A stretch of 64,000 bases of DNA, taken from NCBI GenBank assembly GCA_964227855.1, contig CAXQWT010000040.1:2548-66547 (forward strand), written 5' to 3'. Positions 38,426-47,400 of the stretch are shown in pieces. Every line of letters starts with the position of its first letter. The first letter of the stretch is position 1. Origin of the DNA: Salipiger bermudensis (GTDB taxonomy: Archaea; Thermoplasmatota; Poseidoniia; Poseidoniales; Poseidoniaceae). A model generated the notes under the pieces. It was not told the origin of the DNA. It made no database searches and worked only from the letters and a program-made list of their open reading frames with translations. Both the position numbers and the translations under genes were made by a program.

Positions 38426-40642
38426 TCAATACTCAAGGAATTTGGCAAGGATATCGACTCCAGATTGGCTTCCAACCGATTCCGGATGGAACTGGACTCC
38501 AAAGACTGAGGCATCAGTAGAATGCAATCCCATAACCAACGATTTTGTGTCATCGGTCGCATCCACGACGATGGTGGGATGGTTATCAAGATCGGCTGTT
38601 AACAGCGTCAATGAATTGTATCTCGTCATTTCGATGTCCTCTGCATTTTGGAACAAACCTTCCCCATTATGAATACATTTGACAGGCGTACCATGGACCG
38701 GCCCAATCGGGCTCGGGACCAACTCCAAACCTGATGCCAATCCTATCGCTTGGTGTCCAAGGCAAATCCCAAGAAGCGGGGGAGTTTTTCCCTGAAGCGA
38801 TAATGATGCAAATTCCATCGTAAGTTGACTATCCTGTGGCCATCCAGGCCCTGGACCGAGGATGATGTGAGAAGGCTGCAATTTGTCAATGAGATGCTGC
38901 GCAGAAGATTGCACAGGATTTCGTCCTGAAATGATGTTTACATGATGACCAAGCCCGCATACACTGTGAGCGATGTTGTAGGTAAATGAGTCCAGATTAT
39001 CGATCAGAAGAACTGCGTTCTTTTCGAATGAATCGGTATGTATAGCGGTTGAAACCTGGTGGTTGCTCTGTTCGTTCTCGAGAGGCAGAGGGTGTATTGT
39101 GAGACTCTTGACGGAGTTGGATGGACTAGCCGCATCGAGCCAACCACATGATCGCAGGAGGGCATTTGCTTTCCATTTCGCTTCTGCAACTTCCGATTTT
39201 GGATTTGATTCAATGGTGATTCCACCACCTGCAGTTACACGAGAGTGCCAACGTTCGCCCCGTTTTCGAAGTTCTGCTGTTCGAATCAGGATGTTCCATG
39301 ATGAATTGTTTGTTGAAGGGTCGAACCACCCCATCGATCCTGTCCAAAATGAGCGCGGTTGACGTTCCAACTCATCGATTGCAGCACAAACGACTGTCCT
39401 TGGGCACCCTGTAATCGAACCGCCCGGAAACACATTCTCAATGGAATCAAAGACGTCAATATTTTCACTCAGGCGGCCCTTAATTCGAGAAACGAGATGC
39501 TGCACCTCTGCATAAGCCTCCACATCAAATCGCTCAACCCATACTTGATTTGGTTGCGATATTCGGCCAACATCGTTACGCATTAAGTCGACAAGCATTC
39601 GATGTTCTGCACGTTCTTTTCGATCTGAAATCATATCTTCGCGTAGAAGTGATTCCTCAGCTTCCGACGCACCTCGAGGAGCAGTTCCTTTGATCGGTGC
39701 AGTTGTGATGACCCCGTCTTTCGTGGAGAGAAGCGATTCAGGAGATGCTGATACAAGTGCAAAAGCCTCATCCTTCATGTGAAGGAAACCTGAGTATGGG
39801 GCGGGATTTGATGATATGGAATGTGAGAAAACATCCCATGGCTCGGATTCAATTTCTCCGCTCCAAGAGCGACCGTAATTCAACTGGTATAATTGGCCAT
39901 CAACAATCGCTGATTGAACGCGTTTTACAATCTCTTCATGCTCTTCATCGGTGCAATTTGACATTGGCTTCTCACTGAGTTTCACTTCGGTTGACTTATG
40001 TTCCATTGTATTGCTTTCTAGACACTTCTGAACGTTCTGTTGCCACTTCGCATCGGTAGAAAGAATGATGATGGAATCATCGTTTTTGTCATGAACAACG
40101 CACCGATTAATTTCCCACAATATGCATAACAACTCATCTTCTCTAGGCAAGTGTTGCAATCGAAGAGGTTGCGTTAATTGTAACAAATCATATGCGAATG
40201 CTCCCGCCCAGAATGGACCATTGAACGGAATTGATTCGGGAACGTGCATATGAAAGGTTGAATCACTTTTCGAGCAGACCTGCCTTAATCCACGAGCGAG
40301 GGACGTTTCAGTTGCCGAAAAATCCGTTTCCCACTGAGCCCCATTCCACGTTTCGCGTTGAAACAAGAACGCGCTCCCTTCTTCCAGTTTTGTTTCGCCA
40401 GAAAGGGGGGAGTGATCTTCTGCGGCGCTCAAAACATCTCTTGATGGTTGACGTAAAGTAACCCTGCGCATGGGCGGTCCGCACAGCAATGAGAACTGTG
40501 AGAGATGACTCATTGGGCCCGCTGATAGCAACATCAATTCATCAGGTGCACCATAGAGATGCGCATCTTCTCCAAGAAGTCCGCTTTCCATCAACTGATG
40601 ACGAACTGACTGAAAATCCTTCATCACCAGACCCCCTCCCAA
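38426..40642 (-). CDS. pabBA: Fused aminodeoxychorismate (or anthranilate) synthase: component I (chorismate-binding, PabB/TrpE-like) followed by component II (class-I glutamine amidotransferase, PabA/TrpG-like).
   Basis: Component I motifs are FPGGSITGCPRTVVCAAIDELE and GGGITIESNP. The GATase has the catalytic triad context LLGICLGHQAIG and FGVQFHPES. Assignment to the pABA branch rests on the adjacent pabC-like gene. Confidence 0.7.
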   Translation of the reverse strand: MGGGLVMKDFQSVRHQLMESGLLGEDAHLYGAPDELMLLSAGPMSHLSQFSLLCGPPMRRVTLRQPSRDVLSAAEDHSPLSGETKLEEGSAFLFQRETWNGAQWETDFSATETSLARGLRQVCSKSDSTFHMHVPESIPFNGPFWAGAFAYDLLQLTQPLRLQHLPREDELLCILWEINRCVVHDKNDDSIIILSTDAKWQQNVQKCLESNTMEHKSTEVKLSEKPMSNCTDEEHEEIVKRVQSAIVDGQLYQLNYGRSWSGEIESEPWDVFSHSISSNPAPYSGFLHMKDEAFALVSASPESLLSTKDGVITTAPIKGTAPRGASEAEESLLREDMISDRKERAEHRMLVDLMRNDVGRISQPNQVWVERFDVEAYAEVQHLVSRIKGRLSENIDVFDSIENVFPGGSITGCPRTVVCAAIDELERQPRSFWTGSMGWFDPSTNNSSWNILIRTAELRKRGERWHSRVTAGGGITIESNPKSEVAEAKWKANALLRSCGWLDAASPSNSVKSLTIHPLPLENEQSNHQVSTAIHTDSFEKNAVLLIDNLDSFTYNIAHSVCGLGHHVNIISGRNPVQSSAQHLIDKLQPSHIILGPGPGWPQDSQLTMEFASLSLQGKTPPLLGICLGHQAIGLASGLELVPSPIGPVHGTPVKCIHNGEGLFQNAEDIEMTRYNSLTLLTADLDNHPTIVVDATDDTKSLVMGLHSTDASVFGVQFHPESVGSQSGVDILAKFLEY

Positions 40643-41397
40643 TTCTCAGGATTGGAGTGGATTTCTTCGAATGCTGAGGAACAGAATTCAAACAATTGAG
40701 AACTCTCATCTCCGATTGGTTCACCGTCAATCGAATCAATTTTCAAAACTCCAACGCCGCTACCGACAGCAACGGCTTCCACACAACGAGCAACAAGCCT
40801 TTCGTTCAACTTTCCTTGCTGAATATGGTACCCCTCGCTCAGTAACGGGCTACGGAGAGCCTCGAAAGTAACGGATTCAACAGAATATCTCGAATCACTG
40901 ATCCAAATGATTCCATCTTCGTCCAAGATGAATGGTGAGCAACGATCGGCATCAACGATTGAGTATTCATGTACCATGAGTGCTAGATCCGCGCCCGTTT
41001 CTTCAGCAAGTTTCCGAGCCTCAAGGTAAGCATCCCATGCTCCATGTTTGGTTCCAGCAATTCGAGTTGGCCATACGGGGCTCGGAACAGTTACTGCATC
41101 GACTTGTTCATTTTGAAGCGAAAATGGCCTGTATGCAACATTGATTTGGGAGGCTTTCGTACATTCTATCCGTAGGAGACCTTCACCCAACTCAGGGGGG
41201 CTTTCTCTAAGGTGATACAAAATTGCATCCCGGTTGATGTTTGAGACATCAATTTTCAATCTTGTAGCATGTTCAATCAGGCGAAGAAGATGCCGCTCAA
41301 ACAAAAACAGACCATGTTCCTGAGAGAACCTCATCGTTGTAAAAACGGACGAGCGAGGGCCTTTGGTAACCTCGCCCATGACAAGTCCTTGACCCAC
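40624..41397 (-). CDS. pabC: Aminodeoxychorismate lyase-like (class IV aminotransferase fold, PabC).
   Basis: About 255 aa with a PLP fold-type IV pattern. It lies immediately upstream of pabBA on the same strand, overlapping by 19 nt. Confidence 0.45.
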   Translation of the reverse strand: MGQGLVMGEVTKGPRSSVFTTMRFSQEHGLFLFERHLLRLIEHATRLKIDVSNINRDAILYHLRESPPELGEGLLRIECTKASQINVAYRPFSLQNEQVDAVTVPSPVWPTRIAGTKHGAWDAYLEARKLAEETGADLALMVHEYSIVDADRCSPFILDEDGIIWISDSRYSVESVTFEALRSPLLSEGYHIQQGKLNERLVARCVEAVAVGSGVGVLKIDSIDGEPIGDESSQLFEFCSSAFEEIHSNPENWEGVW

Positions 41398-41418
41398 TAT
41401 GCCTTGAGCATCACGGTA

Positions 41419-44400
41419 TCACAACAAGTCGTCAAGGAACGATGTGTCGATACCTGAACTGGTTTTTTCTTGAGGCGTTCCGATGTCTAGGTCGTTGAGG
41501 AGGCTCTCATCAATCGGTGTTCGGACGGGATTCATTACTGGCCTTGGGGCAACGTATTGCTCTCGACCAATATCTTGAGATTCAATTCGTTCAGCAGCTC
41601 TGAAGAGAGATTCTGCCTGTACAGGTGTTGTCGGCGGTGGTGGAGGCACGTTGGACTGTGGGGGGTTGTCCCATGAATCATCACTGATCCCCCATGTGGC
41701 TGTTTGAATCTCCCATTCCTTTTCCTTCTGATTTCTGTTGCCACGTCCTCGAACAATAGCAAGCAAGAGGAAGAGTGAGAGTACAACAAGACCAGCCGCA
41801 AGGAGGTTTGGAGTGGTTAACAGCGATTCAAGGTTGTTTTCAGAATTCGTTTCTTCAGTAACCTGATTTGAAGCATCGACGGAGTTGATCTTCTTTGCAT
41901 CCACGGATTTTCGCACTTCGTTTTCATCAAATGTCGTTACCGAAATAAACCAATCCGACGAATTGACAAGGTCGGGGAATACTGTTGCAGAGATAACAAA
42001 TGAGTTAGCAGTTCGGGTTTCACCAACGAACGTAGCATCCGATATGTCCATGAAATCTTCTGAATTGATGTGTATCTGGTATCCCTTCACATCCAAATCG
42101 TTGGAGTGATTCCATGTGACAAGAATGTCAGTCTCCTCGACCCAAGTCAGTGTAATGCCATCGATGCTTGGTAGGTAATTACCAGGGTCCGTCACCCCAT
42201 CATCAATGGATTGAGAGGATACGACTGTCAGATCGGTCTTGATGGAATTTCCAGAGGACTCGACAGGTACGACAGCCACCCATGTTTCTTGTCCTGCAAG
42301 AACTGGTAAGTCTCCAGCCAAGGTTGAGATTGTGAACGGAAGGTCAGGATTTCTCTCAAGAGTTGCGATTGGTTCGTTTGGACCATCCGCACCTACGCCA
42401 ACACTGGTAAACGACCAAGATGCTGCATATACTTGATATTGATCAACGTCACTGGCTTCTGAGAGTTCAAAGTCAAGAAGAAGTGCAGAACCATCGTCCA
42501 TTGGTCGATCCGATAGGCTAACGTTGTCCAAACGCGGCGGCGGTGTTGTATCTTCGAAGTTGTTGATGGGTACAACGCTAGCAGAGAGCAAGGAATCCGT
42601 GTATACGTTACCTTGAAGATCGTGAACGGTTACTGTCACAAACAATTCAATTCCAGGCTTGATCAATTGTGGCGTATCGGCAGGCCCAAACTGATCTGTC
42701 TGTGTTCCGACACCATAGAGTGCAGTATTCAGTGTCAGTTCGATTGGGTTCTTGTCTTCATCAATCCATTGCTTATCGATGACAATACATCCACAAGTAG
42801 CTGAATCATCACCGTACATGTTCCAGAGGTAACTGACATCTTCAACAGGCTTGTCTGCTGCCCATACGATGTATTTACTGAAATCACCAGCATCTGAAAT
42901 GGACCAAACAACGTCGATTGCAGTTCCATCATCATCTGGATGATCGTATGCTTGGATGTTTTCAATTCGGTTTGGAGGCATTGCTGCACCGTTTGAGTTG
43001 TCAATCGGAGTGGCGGTAACAATCTCTACGTCATTGAGGTTACCATTTAGCCATGTATCAAATGCAACAACACCGATGTAGTATTCTAAATTATTAACGA
43101 GTGGAAGGTCATCAAGTTGTGAAACGATGGTTGTATTGTCATCGCAGTTGTTAACGATGGTTGACTCTGAGAAACCTGCAACTGAGGACGGATAGGTCGT
43201 AAATACAACACCAGTGATCATGTAAACGACGTAGTAAGCGCAATCGCTAGCATCGCTTGCGTCCCATCCGACCGTGATTCGACCACCTTCATCATCTGGG
43301 GTGTCAATGGCCCATACATTTTCCAGCTTTGCTGGCGCTAAACCATCATCAACGCCACCTGTTGGCACCACTGGGCCAATAATTGTAGCATTCATGATGT
43401 CTTCTTGTCCGGTCAAATCAACACACGTAAATCCGAGCCAGTACGGTTTACCAGGTTCGAGGTTGAGGATAGTTGTGTTTCCTTCAGTCGGCAAAACCGA
43501 GGCTTCGACGTTGAGGCCGAGAATATTTGTCATTGCTTGAGACGATGCGTAAATGCGAGTTTCGAGGAGGTCAAGAGCGGTACAACGCGCCCATTCGGTC
43601 TCTAAATCACCTGCAACACCGCCGCTCAGAGGCTGAGCAGTTGCCCATTTCGGCGGAGTGGGAACTTCATTGCTTGTCGTCACAGGGCCAAAGACCTGAC
43701 TTGGTAGCCCGTATCGACCGTTGTTGTACTCGACAACAACGAGAGCATAGTAATCGACTCCATCCACGAGCGGAACCCCATTCGCTGTGGTAACATCTGC
43801 CTTCAATCGGCTATGAATTGATTCGGACTTGTCGATGATTCGTCCGACGAGATCGATGTCTGTTGGAAGACCAGTCCATGGTTGATCGCTGACGTAAACG
43901 AGGTATCGACTGAAATCAGGGTCATGAACCAACGTCCATTCAACTGTGAGTGTTTCGCCACCGTCGTCTGGTCGGTCGTACATATCTGAAATTTCGACAG
44001 GTGTGTCTAAGCGAACCCAATCGTAGGTTAATCGAACTTCTATTGACCCGTTCGTAGGTGCGATGAGCTTGACTGGAACAAATCGAGTACCGTTGATCAG
44101 TTGGCCGTTGTTGATGGCGAGTTGGAGTCCATCTTCAACACCAGTAGTGTTGTCAAGTTCAAGCACCGCATCGTATCTCAACGTCGTAGATTTAGCCCAG
44201 ACTGCGGCATTGGAGACCGGCGAGGTCATGATGAGTGGTACGGTTTGGAACAACAACCCATGGATGCCAGCTTGTCCGACTGAATTGTCAAGTTCGACAG
44301 GGCTGTTTGGAGTAACGAGGTCAATTCTGTATCCAGGATGAGTCATGTTCGAGATGTCCATGTATTGAGAGTTGAATCCAATATTGAGTGGATTCGCATA

Positions 44401-47400
44401 GCGAGAAGTTTGGCTTTCCATCTCATCAAAGGCGGTTGCTGGCGTCCAACCGCGAAGGCCTGCGTCACTGGTGGTTAACCAGAATCCATTCGCACCAACA
44501 GCAACGTTGGTTGGATTTCGGATTGTTGCCGACTTTACACTGGAATGCGATGCAGTATGTGCTTCAACGATGGTCATTGCATTCAAGCCCATGAGCATGA
44601 GGTGGGTTCCATCACTGCTCATTCTGTAAATCGGCCATGATGGTATCTGAGAACCCGACAAACCATCTTCAAACTCATTTGACAAACCATCAAAGTGTAT
44701 CATTGGTCCAACATCGGTTGCAATGTGCAATCCTGCATAATCAGAAGCAACGGCCGTCACGTAATTTGAAGGTAATTGATCGAAGCGGTGTGTTTCAATG
44801 ACTGCATTGTTGGAGGAATCCATTATCGAAGCACCAGGGCGCTCTGATCCCGCCCCATCATGTCCTAGAATCAGGTTGTACGATCCGCTGATACCCGGTG
44901 GTGAATAGGTTTCAATTGACCACACAGAATTACCGAGTAAACCATCTGCGCTTGAATTGGTTGTGATTGCACCGGTTGTTGGGATGTACTGTGTCAGTCC
45001 ACTGGCGGATGCGATGTAAAGTGTGTTTGAGATGAACTTGATGTCTTCGATGTTTGAAGATGGTAGCCCGTCTGCAGTAGTTAGCGGGTTGTCCCAGTCA
45101 TCCGCAGAGATGTTCCATCGGCCAATACCGTTCTGTGTTGCAACGTAGACGTGGTCGTTCGAGAAAGCAAATCCTTGGATGTTATCAGATGGAAGGCCTG
45201 AGAGAAGTTGGCCACCTCCAAATTGTTGGGTTGAGATATCGAATGATTGCACTCCAGCAGCCGTTGAGAATGTGCCAAGTAATCCGATGTAAAGAGTTGA
45301 CACTCCGTTGGATTGGTGCATGTCCATGCCTCCGAGGCTGTTGTGAATCGAACCGGTTTGCCGCTGTAAAACGCCAGTCGTTGCATTGAGCGTATACATT
45401 CCACTTCCGGATGTTGTGATGTAGATGGTCGTCCCATCCATGAGCATGTCTTCAATTGAAGCGAAGACTGGTAGAGACCATCCCTCTTCCCAATCAATTC
45501 CTCCGCTGCTGTTGAATGTACCTTGTAGAATTCCAGCGGAGCCTTGTCCTCCCCCGTTCCCTGTTGTCGCCGCAGATTCTGTCGCGACCCAGATCTTGGA
45601 ACCATCACTCACCATTGAACGAACATTCCCACTTACCAAAGCAGGCAACTCAAATGCAGTGTAGAGGCCTGAACTGCCAAGAACGTCGACTCGAGAGTAG
45701 CCGCTTGCTGCGCCTGCCTGGCCAATGAGCCACTCAGTTCCTGTATGTTGAATTGAGGTTACAGGGGTTCCTATGCGTTGGATACTCGCCTGACCTGAGA
45801 TGGCGCCAAGTGTTGAAATGATTGCAAATCCACCGCCCTCATCGTAACCAATCATGAGTTTGCCATTGGCGTAATTCATAGCATCGAGCCACATTGGGTC
45901 TTCAGGAAGATTGTTTGAAGCGGTGGTTAGCTTCGACATCCAAGCACCTGTGGATGTATCGTATTTGGAAATCCCTTGATTGGAGGCATCGTATCCAACA
46001 TACAGCGTATCGGCAGTATCGCATGCAACAGCAGCAACTCGGCCGTTGCTTAGCACTGATGTGGTGAATGAACCCTGTACGGAGGAACTGTTGAGGTCCA
46101 TGTACGTCACGCCACCATTGTTGTTGAACAACCCGATGTAGAGATAGGAGCCGCATTGGCTCATGGAAAGAGGATAACCGTTTGGGACGCCATTTTGTCC
46201 GGTGTTGAAGGTCGACCATGTTGTACTTGAACCATCAAGATGGCCTACAACACCTCGTTGGAAACCTCCCCAACCTGTGAAAGTTGCAGAGCCAACAACC
46301 AGATGGTTTCCATCAGTCCAAAGTTCACCGACCCAATCGCCCATATTGCTTGGCAATCCATTTCCGGCCGTCCATGTCGATTGCCATGAGAAGGATGTTT
46401 CATTGAATCGTTCAACTCCATCCTCGGTTGCAAACAATATGAGGCCATCGTATTCGACGATTTCTCGAATTGGGAATTCAAGGTTATCCCAGAATCCAAG
46501 TTTGGTCCCGCTTGGGCTGTAGACTTCAAGTCCAATGTCGCCCCAAGAGATCCACGTGTGGCCGCTCGAAGATTCAAACGCTGTAACCCGGTCAACCTGA
46601 CCTGATGGTAGAACAGATGTGTTCCATGTGCTTGATGGTAGGTCATATTGAACGATGCCGCCGCTTCCATCTTGATTCCACCATTGACCCGAGACAACAC
46701 TCGCCAGTAAGGTGTCACCAATGATTTCCAGACCAACAACGTCACCCCCATTCTCACCTATTCGTTGTCCAGCATCGAGTGGGGTGATGGCGGTAAAGTT
46801 TGCAACATCGATACCATAGATGCTGTCGCTTGAGGTTCCCTGATGGTAATACATGGTGTATCCATACATGGTCAAATCGTACGGATTTCCGTTACCAGAA
46901 TAGAGTGAGTTTGATTTTTCGATGTCGTAGAATTCAGTGCCATTGGCTGTTCCGAGGAGTTGGAACCCATCTTGTCCTCCAATCCAAACATAGCCTTGAC
47001 GTATGTCGGCAACGATACCTGTAACCACTTCATTTCCATTGTCGAGAACGTTATCGTCAGTCCAAGTCGTGAGCCATTGACTGTTTGTAATGTCCCAACG
47101 AGCAACTCCAATTCCAGTTAATCCGATGTAAGCGACATCGTCGATCACTTCGACAACAGCACCCGAGGTTGTTGCTGTTGCTTCCCACTCATCATCGACT
47201 GTAAAGCTGCTTTTGTCAATGAGTCCAACGCCACTAAAGGTTCCGCCAAAGATTGTGGTGCTGTTAGCCCCTACAGCATAGGTTGCCCAGTTTGGCATAC
47301 CGTCGTAGACGTTGAGACAGTCATCGATTGCGCCTGTGCTTGGCGAGTAACGGCACACTCCAATGTTTGTGCCGGCATACATCCAACTCCCATCGAGTTC

